From: Octopus vulgaris
Taxonomy: Eukaryota
DNA length: 64,000 nt
Assembly (NCBI GenBank): GCA_951406725.2
Contig: OX597820.1
Coordinates: 44,702,001-44,766,000 of the forward strand
Reading direction: 5' to 3'
Shown here: positions 1 to 12,340 of the stretch, piece by piece
Position numbering within the stretch: the stretch's first letter is position 1
Layout of the letters: each line of letters begins with the position of its first letter
Program-made: the position numbers and the translations under genes
Notes under the pieces: generated by a model
Databases searched by the model: none
Seen by the model: the letters and a program-made list of their open reading frames with translations, nothing else
What the model was told of the DNA's origin: nothing

Positions 1-575
1 CCAGTACTTTCAGCCAAATCCTAGAAGCCTAGAATTTGGTTTTGTGTATTGTCATATTGTTACTGCTGGATGATACACTTATTTGGAGACCTCTTTGTCA
101 GCTAGGCAAGATGAGGCAAGCAGGCAAATTTACAAATCTTTTTTAATGGAGTAGAACATTGCAATGACTATGGCTGTAAAATTTGAAGATATAATGTCTT
201 GAATTTTGGCACAAGGCCAGTGATTTTAGTGGGAGGAAGTAAGTAGGTTATATTGACCCTAGTATTCAACTAGTACTTTAAGTTATTGACCCTGAAAGGA
301 TGAGATTGTAAAAATTTGGGACAAATACTGCTAAGCATTTTTCCAACTCTCTAAAGATTCTGCAAGCTTGGTGCCTTGAGATTTTGAACACACAATAATA
401 TGGCCACCAGTTGAGTGATTTACATTCATAGCCTTCTGTGTGGGATAGATCTCACTGTGGTTTCTACAAATTAGTGTTCCACCCACCACCTGGTACCTTT
501 GGCGCATTTAGTACAGAGTTCACTGAAAGCATTCAGACCTAGTCTCCAGTTTGAGGATACTTCTCTCACTCTTAC

Positions 576-620
576 CAGTCTTAGAATGTGAAGGATCATG
601 GGCACTGATTTCCCTCCTGA
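576..620 (-). CDS. Candidate 45-nt internal exon of an unidentified minus-strand gene (xRREISAHDPSHSKT, phase 1-1)
   Basis: Strong acceptor ttttttcttttatcttctag and strong donor CTG|gtaaga on the minus strand; frame-preserving length; no protein family recognised. Confidence 0.45.
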
Positions 621-792
621 CTAGAAGATAAAAGAAAAAAAAGGTGTAAATGACTGAATATACTCCAGATCAGACTGGTGGAGATCTTCCTTCTCAAAGT
701 AACATTCATAAGAGGTTTTGAACTTGGTAACCTCCTGCAATTCTCCTCAAGTAGAATCAGTATTGTAGTGTGTGGTAAAGCTGGCCTTTTAA

Positions 793-1012
793 CTCTTTCA
801 TTACCAACCCTGCCGAAACTGGCTCTGGCCCTATAGTACAAATGTCTTGTTTTCATAAGTTTTGATTTAAAATCTTCCACCAAATCTGAGTCACAATTTA
901 TGTTCATAACACTAGCTGAATGATAACTAAGTTATTTTACTAATTCTTTGTTATATTTAAAGTAATTGAAAGAAACACAGAGCATCTCAAAATATATACA
1001 GTAATGAGAGGG
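793..1012. mobile_element. piggyBac-like TTAA MITE, family 1 (other copies 7379-7599, 61273-61490; degenerate copy near 29587-29790)
   Basis: TTAA on both flanks, short CCCTTT/AAAGGG-type termini, about 220 bp shared between copies. Confidence 0.8.
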
Positions 1013-3219
1013 TTAAGTATTCCAGATGTAGTCTATTTGATAGCCTTTCATACAGTTTCTGTCTACCTTATTTGACCCACAAGATGTTAGTTGACTTGTG
1101 GTTATAGTAGAAGATACTTGATCAAGGTGTGTCACACAGTGAGGTCAAATCCAGCATCTTATGATTGCAAAGTGAACATTTTGATCAACTTTTATGAAAA
1201 TCTGCTGAAGTCTGCCTTGTTCAAATTTCTGGAAACTAGCATGAAACCATATATACATATAACTACAGACACTAAACACACACACACACACACACACACA
1301 TACTCTCTCTCTCTCTCTGTCTCTTCTTCCGCCTCAGTATGGTTAAGAGGTTAGCTTTGTAATCATGAGGACCAGGTTCTGGTTCCATTATGTGACATGT
1401 TGGGCAGTATCAGTTTCTGTTATACCATGTACATGAAACTGGGTAGACAGAAACTGTATGAGAGCTTGCTGGATGGATTCTACTTACAATTCAAAGATCT
1501 GGCTTTATAATACTGTGTCATGCTGATTCTACTTGAGATCCATTAAATATATGGGTGGATATTACAGATATTTTATTAAATACTCCTAAAATCTTATTGT
1601 GTATTGGGAGAGTCATGATGGCATGAGTGAGAGAGTAAGTCACTAAGTCACTGAAAAGATTGTGAACAGCGACAAAAAAGACTTTGACTAACAAACAATT
1701 AATTGTTTAACCAACACATTAAACAAACAATTGATTTGTTAGTTGATTAGATATTTAACCAATTCACTGACAATAAAGAAGTGGAATTAAACTTGTGCGT
1801 GTGTTATCATTATTGGTGTAATGACTCTCCCATGACACAACAAAATTTGCTTCAACACACAAATTCACATCAAGAATCTTGCAAACCAAATACAAAAACA
1901 GCCTAAAATCTTAGTTGTATTAAAAATTAATTGAAACCTGGGCAGTTGATTTGCTAAAAATATGGTCCTAAAAGAGTTAACAGTTACTCCTCACAACCCA
2001 GCATTGATCATCCTTTTGTATTATATCCCAAACAACCAACTTGTTTAACTCTCTTATATTGGCCAGAACCCAACATAGATGCCACTTTGTGATTTCTCCC
2101 CCTCATAGAAATAACAGCCAAATTTCTCTCAAATCACATTTTACGGTCTTATAAAAATTTTAACGTAGTAAGCCTTGGAAAAAATGACAGGATGGTTACT
2201 GTTGGAAAACCTTTGATCATAGGTTTACTCAATCAGGGTTTATCAGTGGTGAAACATTATAGCCTTTATTGGCCAATACCTTTGATAACTGGCTTCATTT
2301 TCAGCCTGTAAAAGCAGTCTGTTTGAATGGATACATTAACAGTGTTTGGAACGCTAACAGTTCCAAACTCTAAGTCTTGAGATCAGTTCCATTATATATG
2401 CTTTATATGAATCTTGGAAGCACATTTTATTGTAAATGCCTTAATCACTGTTGATTAGGTGAACTAACCAACTAGCAACCTGGTTGGGTGGTACCCTCTT
2501 GGGAGCACTGAGAGATCACAAGGGAGTGACAGATGTCAAGGGATGGTGCTGTAGGGATGCTGGGTAAAATACTCATAGTTTAAACACTTAAAAAGAAAAA
2601 AATACTTTGTCAGGATTAAAACATGAATAGAAAATTGTGTTATCAGTGAGCAGAAACATGAATGGTGACGTGCCAAGGTCCAACATAAATTCATTATATA
2701 AGTCCTTAACTTTAGTAATCTCTACAAAAATTTAACAGAAGAGGCACACGCCCACTCAATTATCTAAAAAGAAGTACATAGTGGATAAAATAGTACAGTG
2801 TGGATAATAAATTAGCTTGCTTCATTGAAATAATCTGCTGTTGCTTTTTTATTTTGCAAAACATAGAGAATTGTGTATGTTGAAGGGTATTTGTAAAACA
2901 ACATTTACATTAAATGGCACTGAGCTCCAAAATGTTGAGAACCACTATATTAGACTATTTGAGAATCTTCCATGCAGTAGATTACCCAAGGGAAGATTTA
3001 TATCAGTTTCTTAATTTCATGAAACCAGAACTGAACACTGACCCTTAAATTTTTCCCCTGGGGCTTAGCAGTTACTAACTCTCACATTTCACTTCCACTC
3101 ATGCTTTCTCTTATTATTATACACCCAAAGACCCATACTCACTCGATTTGTTTTTCTAATCACTACCAACATTCTGTGCAATCAATTCACATCTGTCATT
3201 ATCAAATATGCTAATTACA

Positions 3220-3660
3220 GAATTTTATGGGATTTCTCCATAAAGAATGACCTCATTATTGAAGCAAGGAAACCTGATATGATCATAAGAAAAAAAATGT
3301 AATATCATAGACTCTGGAATACCATATGATAGAAGATATCAAGGATGTTGACAAAACTGAGAAATACTAGGACTTAGCAAGAGAGACAAAGAGATAATGG
3401 AAGATGAAAGAGTAAAAGTGACAGTTGTTCCGTGTGGTGATTGGTGTACTTGGCACAACACCCAAGCTGCTACCTAAGAAGCTGTAGGATACTGGAATTG
3501 AGACATGCATTCTTAACCTGCAGAAAAGTGCCATCTTGCATTCTGCAAGAATCCTGTGAAAGATTCTTGCAATATGCAGAAACTTGTTGATGTCAAACCC
3601 CAAGATAATGTCCCTGTTAATTAAATTAGTAGTTTGAATTAATAATAATAATAATAATTG
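3220..3660 (+). mobile_element. Decayed 3' end of an R4/Dong-type non-LTR retrotransposon (restriction-like endonuclease domain)
   Basis: Frameshifted translation ILWDFSIKNDLIIEARKPDMII...EKY*DLARE...VVIGVLGTTPK...LQKSAILHSARIL; followed by a (TAA)n run. Confidence 0.75.
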
Positions 3661-3662
3661 TC

Positions 3663-3871
3663 CTTTCTTATTTTGACATAAGGCCAGCAAATTTTGAGAA
3701 CTGGGGAAGTTGATTACAACAGTCCCATTGCTCAATTGATACTTATTTTATTGACCCTGAAAGGATGAAAGGCAAAGTTGAGCTTGGTGGAATTTGAACT
3801 CAGACCATAAAGATGAACGAAATGCCACTAAGCATTTTGTCTGGTATGCTAATGTGTCTGTTAGTTTGCTG

Positions 3872-3902
<31 letters not shown>

Positions 3903-4350
3903 CCTTTCTACAATAGACACAAAACCTGAAATCTTGTGGGAGTGGACTAGTTGATTACATTTACCCCAGTGCTTGATGGTACTTATTTCATTAATCCGAA
4001 AATGATGAAAGACAAAGTAGACCTCGGTGGAATTTGAACTCAGAATGTAAACAGACAAAATGCTGCCTAAGCATTTTGTTTGGCATGCTAATGATTCTGC
4101 CAGCTCACTAATAATAATAATAATAATGTTGATGATGATTTCAAATTTTGGCTCAAGGTCAGCAAGTTCAGCGGGGTCAGGGTAGTTGATAACATCAACC
4201 CCAGTACTCAACTGGTACTTATTTTATCGGACTCTGAAAGGATGGAAGATAAAGTTAACCTTGGCAGAATTTGAACTCAGAACATAAAGACAGATGAAAT
4301 ACCATTAAGTATTTTGTCCAGCTTGGTAACTATTCTATCAGCTCACCGGC
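3663..4350 (-). repeat. Three head-to-tail degenerate SINE copies (GGCGGYGAGCTGGCAGAA family, Nin/Deu-like central domain) separated by (TAA)n
   Basis: Repeated motif gaaaggatgaaaggcaaagttga...gaatttgaactcaga at about 3760, 4000 and 4235. Confidence 0.85.
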
Positions 4351-5235
4351 TTACTACTACTACTAATAATGATGATGATGACAATGACATCAACGATGAT
4401 GACAATGACATCAACGATGATAGATAGGTAAGTAGATGGATGGATGGATGGATGGATGGGTGGGCATTGGTCTTGCAAGGCCATGGATCTGTAGCTGGGG
4501 AATTTTGTGTCAGCTGCTGATGGTGATGCACCATCTGCTATGACTGCACAGGCCCTCACAAGAGTGGCAGTCTCGCATGCAGTGACGGCATTTGAAGAAG
4601 AGACAACAACAATAGCAACAATAATAATGACAGCTATTTTAATTTAATACTGTTTTAGTTGTGTACACTGGATAATATATTCAGCCTGGCATCTATTGTC
4701 AATACCATTGAATATTATTATTCACTGTCTCCTATATCAGAGGTGACAAATCTCATTTAGGTGTGCACATGTCACTAAAAAGGCCAAAATTCATTTGGCA
4801 TTCTCGCTAACTGCTGCCAGGGTGATTTTTGATCTCCTGATTGTGTTTCAAACTGGCCATATTTAACCCAAATATTTAACCTGTTTTATGTTGAAACTGG
4901 CCAGATCTTGCCTCTCACCTCAACCCTACAAGGTCATTCTAAAACTAAACAATCACATCATTGAAATCTTTAAACTACAAGATGATATGAATGATTAATT
5001 TAAATCAATATAAATAAACAGTTACATTTGACAGAATAATCTGAATACTAAAGGGATAAACTCATCACATTCATAAGAGATTTTATCTCAGATAAAAACT
5101 GCAGTGACTTGTCTGTCAACTGTGTATATACATTAAGTATGATACATAGGTGGCTACTTAAAAAAATTGCTTTTTCAATTATCATTTTGGTTTCCTTAGA
5201 ATTTTAGTTAATTTATTTGGCTAATAAATTATCCA

Positions 5236-6495
5236 AAAACCAAAGTCTTAGTAAGTAGGAAGGCAGTCAAATCCCAACTCCCTTCAGGTAGATGGCCCTG
5301 CTCGATCTGTAGAAAAAGTGTAGGTAGAAACTCCATAAGATGCACCCAATATGAGCTTTGTACACATAAAAAGTGCAGCAATATCAGAAGAAGGTAACAG
5401 GGAAACTAGCTTTTGTATGTGGAAGATGCACATGTACAATAACGCTGAAAATGTGTAGAAAATAGACTCCATCAACTGCCAAGGGGTCATGCTAGAGGTA
5501 GTAGATAGCTTCTGTTATGTAGGTGACCAAGTTAGTAGTGGAGGTGGATGCGCTGAGCATGTAGCTATGAGATTAAGATTATGCTGGGCAAAGTTCAGAG
5601 AGCTCCTACCTCTGCTGGCAACAAAGGGCCTCTCAGAGTGAAAGGCAGATTGTATGATGCCTGTGTGTGAACAGCTATGAGAATTTTGATATTGATCTTG
5701 GCCTGTAAGGCCGATGCTACATGACAATGAAATATGGACTGTGACAGCTGAGGACATGCATAGGCTTGAAAGGAATGAAGCCAGTATGCTTTGCTGGATG
5801 TGCAATGTCAGTGTGCATGTTCAATAAAGTGTAAGCATCTTGAGAGAAAAGTTAAGCATAAGGGGTATCAGATGTGGTGTGCAAGAGAGACTACTGCACT
5901 GGTATAGTCATGTGATGTATATGGACGAGGGCAGTTGTGTAAAGAAGTACTGATCTCTAACTGTTGAGGGAACATGTGGTAGAGCCTCACAGAAGCAATG
6001 ACTAGTGACCAAAACCTTTGGCGATATGTTGTGTTTGAGAAGACCCATCAAGCCAAGCAAAATCGCAGTCATAGCAGATACTGGTGTCACACAAATAGCA
6101 CATGTGTCGATGGTACGTAAAAGCACCCATTACACTTTTGGAGTTGTTGGCATTAGGAAGGGCATCCAGCCGTAGAAAACGATGCCAAATCAGACTGGAA
6201 TCTGGTGCAGCCCTCCAGTTTGCCAACCCTGGTCATGGATGTTAACACTTTAGTGTTCTGATTATTCTATCAAACATAATGCTTATTGATTCCCATTGAT
6301 TTGAATTAATCATGCATTATCTCATATCTTCAAGATCTTGATGGTGTAATTACTTAATGTAGAATAACATTGAAGGGTAGGTGTAAGAGCCTGGATCTGG
6401 TCAGTTTGAACATAAAACAGATGAAATATTTTGGCCGGATATGGCCGGTTTAAATACTAAAGGGTTAAATGATGATGATGATGATGGTGATGATT
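5236..6495 (+). mobile_element. 5'-truncated decayed RTE-clade LINE (PHD-like Cys/His finger, RT C-terminus, 3' UTR, (GAT)n tail); tail interrupted by a MITE
   Basis: KTKVLVS...GRWPCSICRKSVGRNSIRC...HKKCS...CGRC, LEVVDSFCYVGDQVSSGGG, WAKFRELLPLL, LERNEASMLCWMC, with stops and frameshifts. Confidence 0.85.
6246..6464. mobile_element. TTAA MITE, family 2 (other copies about 4860-5056, 14785-15011, 25450-25649, 34596-34816)
   Basis: TTAA flanks, CCCTTTAG/CTAAAGGG-type termini, shared body of about 220 bp. Confidence 0.8.
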
Positions 6496-7378
6496 AATTA
6501 CACCATCCAGCTTTAATAAATATGCTCAATGCTGCACAAAATAAGGTTATACAAAAAATGAAATGCATTAGTAATATATTCACTTTGCAGCACAAACAAT
6601 TTCTTTAAGATGTTTCATACTGTAATAGTTACTAGTACAAAATAAATTTAAATATTGACCGCATATGTAAAGGTGGTTTTAGTCATGGTGGCTAAAAACA
6701 AACTAAATAATGTGTGGAGAAAATTTTCTTTTTCTTTCCATATGTTAATCATTTGGTTAATATTGGGTCAAACATTTCTTCTATTTAACAGACAGGGAGA
6801 GGAGTACTGATGCATTATAGCTGTACAAGTTTTCAATTTATGGCTGCATATGCTATTTATGACTCTATTTACAGCTGGTGCACCCACATAAAGTTCTGAT
6901 TCGCTCTGTCCTCAATCTCACAATACCGTTTATACCAACTAAACATTATTTATTTTCTGTCAAGTACTTTCTGACATTCTCAGCATGGACACTTTCCTGA
7001 GAAGGAAATGAAAACAAATCATTTATTGTTTGGAAATGAAGAGAATATATGTTGTTGCTGCTGTTTTTTTTCTTTCTTTTTTTTTTGTCCCTAGGTTAGT
7101 CCTAATCAAGTATACTTTTGATCAACTATGTTTCAGGTATAATCGTCCTGTAATTCTCTTTCCTGATTTTTTTGTTTTTATAAAAACATGAAAGACATTT
7201 GGTAGCTATTTCAAGTAGGTGAATCCTCTATGTAGGTGATCCTTCACTGGCTAGGAAGCTCATAGTTTGGACTTATGTGTATGTGATCAATGACGGTAGC
7301 ATCTTTCCTGCTCAGAAACTAATTGGATGATGGACTTCTTCTGCTGTTTAAATTATAAGCAAAGATCTAGTGTTTTAA

Positions 7379-7599
7379 CCCTTTTGTTACTGTATTTCTT
7401 TTGAGATACTCTGTGTTGCTTTCAATAAATTTTAAATATAACAAAGAATTTAGTAAAATAACTAGTTATAATTTAGCTAGTGTTAGAAACATAAATTGTG
7501 ACTAAGGTTTGGTGGAAGATTTTAATTCAAAACTTATGAAAACAAGACATTTGTACTACAGAGCCAGATGTGGTTTCAGCCAGGTTGGTATCGAAAGGG
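7379..7599. mobile_element. piggyBac-like TTAA MITE, family 1
   Basis: TTAA|CCCTTTTGTTAC ... GTATCGAAAGGG|TTAA. Confidence 0.85.
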
Positions 7600-9535
7600 T
7601 TAAAACAATTCCAGTCTGGTGGTTAAGTGGCATTGTATGAGGGCTCACTGGACTAAGAAATCTGTGATGCCCACAAGAGAACAGACTAGGTGTGTTGATC
7701 ACAGCTATCAATGTTTGTGAAATTTACTTTCTTGTGTTAGGGTCTGTTTTCATTGGTCTGTTTTCATTTCCAGTCTTCAAGTATGGAATGATACGAAATA
7801 GAACAAATGTGCTTATAATGATGAGCACTAGAGAAATTTACTTTTCAGCTCAAACTTGCAATTATGAAAAGAACTGGCTCTTAATGAATTATTATTGTTT
7901 AGCTTCAGGTTAATCATGATCCAGTAAACTTATAAATTATTCCAACCATGATCATTTCATCTACTTGGGCATTGTTTATTTAAGGTTACAGTATCCGGTG
8001 TGTCACTTAAATTTTAAGACTGTAGAATGTGATGTAATTGACAGTTTAGAAGCTCTGCTTTTGGATCAACTCATAGTGGTTGCTAAGCTAGGTGAACTGA
8101 CTTCACTGTCATCTTCTATTTGCAAAAGAAAGAAAGGAGAACGTGGTGGATGAACATAGAGGATGTACAATATTGGTTTCCCATTTTGGCACAAGGCCAG
8201 TAATTTCAAAGGAGTGGGTCAGTCGATTGCATTGACCCCAGTGCTCGACTGGTACTTATTCTATCGGCCCTGAAAGGATTGGCAAAGTCGGCTTTGGCAG
8301 AATTTGAACTCAGAACATAAAGATGAACAAAATGCCACTGTGCTAACAATTCTGCCAGCTTGCTGTCTTGAGAATGTGTAATATTGCAAGGTAATGAAAT
8401 ATAAACACAGAATGTAGAGGATGTGCAAGAGATGTTCTCATTGATATGTACATCAGACAATTCACTGTTACACGCACACACACACACACATACACACACA
8501 CACGTACTTATGTCTTTTCATTAATATGTTTGTTAGACAACTCACTGTTATATACATACACATGTGTTACTTTGCCCATATACATGCATATGTGTGTGCT
8601 TTTATGTGTGTATTATATCATCGTCATTGTTTAACATCTGCTCTCTATGCTGGCATGGGTTGGATGATTTGACATGGAGCTGGCTAGCAGGGACTCTCAA
8701 CTTTCTAGACTCCCAACTGTCTCTTGTGACATGGTTTCTACAGCTTGATGCCCTTCCTAATGCCAACCACTTAACAAAGTGTGCTGTATGCTTTTTACAT
8801 GTTTATGCCTGGTCAGAAAGTTACCATTGGTTTCACTTCTGCTAATGCTCTTAGCAATACAGGCAACTTAATTTTTTTTCTTTTTTTTCAGACTTATAAA
8901 CAATTGACTGATGTGTGTGTGTGTGTTAAGAGGTGTACTTGACAATTCACAGCTATAACTGCCACTTATAGAAGTGTGTTTTCTATCATTTAGTATTTAA
9001 AAAAAAAAAAGTAACGGAAGCCCATGGCAAATATCGTAGGCGGCCCACTCTTTAATCAGCATTGGACTCATCTAACATATCTGTCACTCCTATTGTATCC
9101 TGGAGACGTCAGCTCAAAGTCGTTCAAACATCTGCTCTATTGATGTTTGTTATTTAACCCTAGGTGAGTGAGCCTGATAGAGCAAGCAGAATTATAAACA
9201 AATGCATTCTAAGGGAGATTTAGCTACTATATGTGGCTGATTGAGTGATCAGACAGCAGTTCTTTCAGTGGCTAGTTATTGATCTCACTAGTCGGTGCAG
9301 GGTGGGGCTGTGAACGTATTAGATGCTGCCCTCTTTTGTCTAACTAATAAATGTCACACTATTTTCATTCACACGTGAAGCTAATAAATGTCACTATATT
9401 TTCACTTATCTAGCTTGATAAATGTCACTCATATATATATATATATATATATATAATAATAAATATTAGGGAATAAATCCAAATTTACAGGGAAAAATCA
9501 GATTTAGGACTGAATCCAATTTTATAGTAAAATAT

Positions 9536-9594
9536 TATATAATATTAATTAGAGACAAAACCACTATTATGCATAATAGTGGTTTTGTCTCTAA

Positions 9595-9607
<13 letters not shown>
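9536..9607. repeat. Perfect 72-bp palindrome with no spacer, between (TA)n runs
   Basis: 36-bp arms around the central ATGCAT. Confidence 0.95.
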
Positions 9608-9637
<30 letters not shown>

Positions 9638-9937
9638 GCCTAAGTTGGCTAAAACCCTAATGGGTTTGGTTCTGAGTTTCATCCCTATATGGCCTGTGAA
9701 ATAAGTCATAGTATTTACTGGGTTTGTTCAGTAGATGTTTTATGAGAAAGAAAGGAACAAGGAAATGCTGAGGAGAGAGAAAGTAAGAAGGAAATAAAAA
9801 AGAGAAAGTAAGAGAGAGAGACGAAAACAAAAAATGAGTAAAGAAAGGAGAAAGAGAGACAGACAACCAAAGAAAAAAACTAGTTTCGGGTCTTAACAAA
9901 GAAGCAATTTTTAAGGGCTGGCCTTTCCCCACTAAAC

Positions 9938-10195
9938 CAGTGGTTCTCGGCCATTTTTTACCTATGGATCCCTTTGATTCCAATTTTACTCGGATGGGCT
10001 CTCATAGTCATTTGACTTTTAAAAAATCTTATATTTTTTATAATCAAGTATTATTAGGAATTGTATAAAAAAAAGAATGTAAATATTTTGTGTATTGTAG
10101 AAGTATTGTAAAATTTATTGCACAGTTTTTTTTACAACAAAATCTTCTTATATGGACCCCAAAAGGCCATATAGACCCTGGTTCAAAAACCGCTG
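9938..10195. mobile_element. hAT/Charlie-like MITE remnant
   Basis: Termini CAGTGGTTCTC ... AAAAACCGCTG; no TSD recognisable. Confidence 0.5.
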
Positions 10196-10241
10196 CCAAC
10201 AATGTTAGAACTCACCTCTCTGCCACAACACATTGAGCCTC

Positions 10242-11217
10242 AAGGCGGTGAGCTGACAGAAATGTTAGCATGCCTGGCGAAATGCGTAACTGTATTTCGT
10301 CTGCCGTTACGTTCTGAGTTGAAATTCCGCCGAGGTCGACTTTGCCTTTCATCCTTTCGGGGTCGATTAAATAAGTACCAGTTACGCACTGGGGTTAGTT
10401 AGTTAGTTAGTTAGTTAGTTAATTTGGCTCAAAAGCAAATAGCAAGGCCATGTAGGGGGACATGGAGTTAAGTACAGGGTGGTGTTCATGTAAAGAGTTC
10501 AGGCCACTTGAGGTCCAGGGAGGCTTTGAACAAAGCGGTCGTTGGCATCTTCACCATCTCGTCTGGCAGCTTGTTCCACGGATCCGCAACCCGGACGGAG
10601 AAAGCTCCTCTCCTTCGATTGAGATGAAATCGTCGCAGGTAGAGCTTTTCGGAATGACCCCGCAGCCGACGCTCCGGAGCAGGAGTGAAGAACAGCTCTT
10701 TCGAGAGGTTACACTTCCCGCTTATGATGTTGTGGGCGAGAATGAGATCACCATGGCGGCGGCGTTTTTCAAGAGAATAAAGGTCGAGCGTCCTCAGCCT
10801 TTCTTCGTAGGACAAATTTTTGAGACCATGAACCATGCGAGTAGCCAGCCTCTGGACTCTTTCGAGATGCTGTATGTCTTTGAGGAGATAAGGAGAAGAG
10901 GCTTGAATCCCATACTCCAATATGGGTCTCACCAGCGTGACATAGATATAGGGGTTGATATAATCGACTTTGTTTGTCTGTCCTTGTTTGTCCTCTCTAT
11001 GTTTAGCCCCTTGTAGGTAGTAAAGAAATAGGTATTTCGTCCGCCGTTAGGTTCTAAGTTCAAATTCGGTCTAGGTCGACTTTGCCTTTCATCCTTTCGA
11101 GATCGATAAATTAAGTACCAGTTACGCACTGGGGTCGATGTAATCGACTTAATCCCTTTGTCTGTCCTTGTTTGTCCCTCTATGTTTAGCCCCTTGTGGG
11201 CAATAAAGAAATAACAG
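10242..11217 (+). mobile_element. SINE with tandemly duplicated 3' portion, interrupted by a LINE fragment
   Basis: 13-bp TSD CACATTGAGCCTC at 10229-10241 and 11218-11230; SINE body matches 20988-21223. Confidence 0.9.
10397..10950 (-). mobile_element. 5'-truncated CR1-type LINE 3' end (ORF2 C-terminus, short 3' UTR, (TAAC)n tail)
   Basis: Open frame 10486..10932: VRPILEY...KDIQHLERVQRLATRMV...LSYEERL...SLEKRRRHGDLI...LRGH...FSVRVADPWNKLP; GGGGTT at 10391-10396 and 10951-10956. Confidence 0.92.
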
Positions 11218-11657
11218 CACATTGAGCCTCTTTTACTAATTTTAAAATTATCATTGTTTAGCTCCAAGTCAGCCTTGATAGAGTAAACCTATGAACAAAG
11301 ACGTTCTAGACATGACTATTCCATTTTTTTTCTTTCAATTTACCCAGTACATTGTTCACTGTGTCTTTCTTCATATTATGATTTGAGATACAGATGAAGC
11401 TGTTACCTCCAGAATGTCACGTAGACCCGTCCCTCCACGAGCACCCCCCCCCACACACTATTGGTTTGTTTTTAAAAACCTGTTTATTTACTTATTTATT
11501 TTTATTTGCTGACGTAGACAACAACTTATTTCATTGGCTTTTAGTTTATGTTTTTCTTTCTTCAATATATAATTAATGTGATTTCTTCCATCCCTCCCTT
11601 CTGATTCGTGATGTGTTTCTATTAGCATCGATTGAAATAATTCTTTTCGTCACTCAC

Positions 11658-12340
11658 GTTTCACTTTTTGCCTTCCATCTTTTTTTTTGTATTTTTTCAT
11701 TTTTTGCTTTTGTTTTTGGGTTTGGTATGACACATAACGTCTTTTAATTTACTTTAACACACCCCTTTCTCAGTGTCTAACACTGATTTTAAAAATAATT
11801 AGTCTGCAGTGGTCTTCTTCTTCTTCGTCTTCTTGACAGTAGTTTTATTCAGCTGTTTTTTTTTTTTTGTTTCGTTTCGACATTCCACAATTTGGAGACG
11901 TTGCATAATTGTTGCTGTAATTCTTTTCTTATTCTTTAACTATTCCATGATGTCATGAACACATGCTGCTGCACAATTTCACATTCTTCTTTCATCCTTC
12001 TACATTTATTATTATTATTTTTTTCTTTTTCTCCTCCTTCATTTTCTTCGTCTTTGTCATCGTTTTCTTTTTGTTCTTCTACATGTCTAAATTTTTTTCT
12101 TAATTATAATCTTTCTCTATCTGTGTATGTAATCTAGGATTTTATAAAAAAAATCTTTTTTGCCAGTTGTTTTCGCTTCGCGGCAAGTGGTGATGGAATG
12201 ATGATATCAAGAATAGGTAGTTATTTCCTTGTTTATGTAGGAGTCGCTACAATTCCCCACAGATGTCTTAATCCTTCCTCTTATCTTGCTAAGATGTTTT
12301 GGCTTTCCTCTGCGTGTAAATGAACGTTTATTGATAACAG
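11658..12340 (-). other. Candidate mostly non-coding 5' exon of a minus-strand transcript (possible start MKKYKKKDGRQKVK at 11700)
   Basis: Acceptor tttttatttgtatttcag at 12341, donor AAC|gtgagt at 11657, further upstream donor AGA|gtaagt at 12631; region lacks interspersed repeats and retains CpGs. Confidence 0.35.

Noticed and set aside
2932-3000. NVENHYIRLFENLPCSRLPK, loosely like FAM91A1 exon 1 (also MNGDV at 2658 and DIKFHM near 17908)
   Set aside because: No conserved Trp and no suitably placed phase-0 donor
6968-8115. Further minus-strand acceptor-like tracts at 6997 and 8116
   Set aside because: The matching donors are weak (gtactt, gtcagt) and the exons (29 and 14 nt) would not preserve frame; unsupported without RNA data
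10462-11016. 184-aa + strand ORF
   Set aside because: Antisense shadow of the CR1 fragment running into SINE sequence; no independent gene signals
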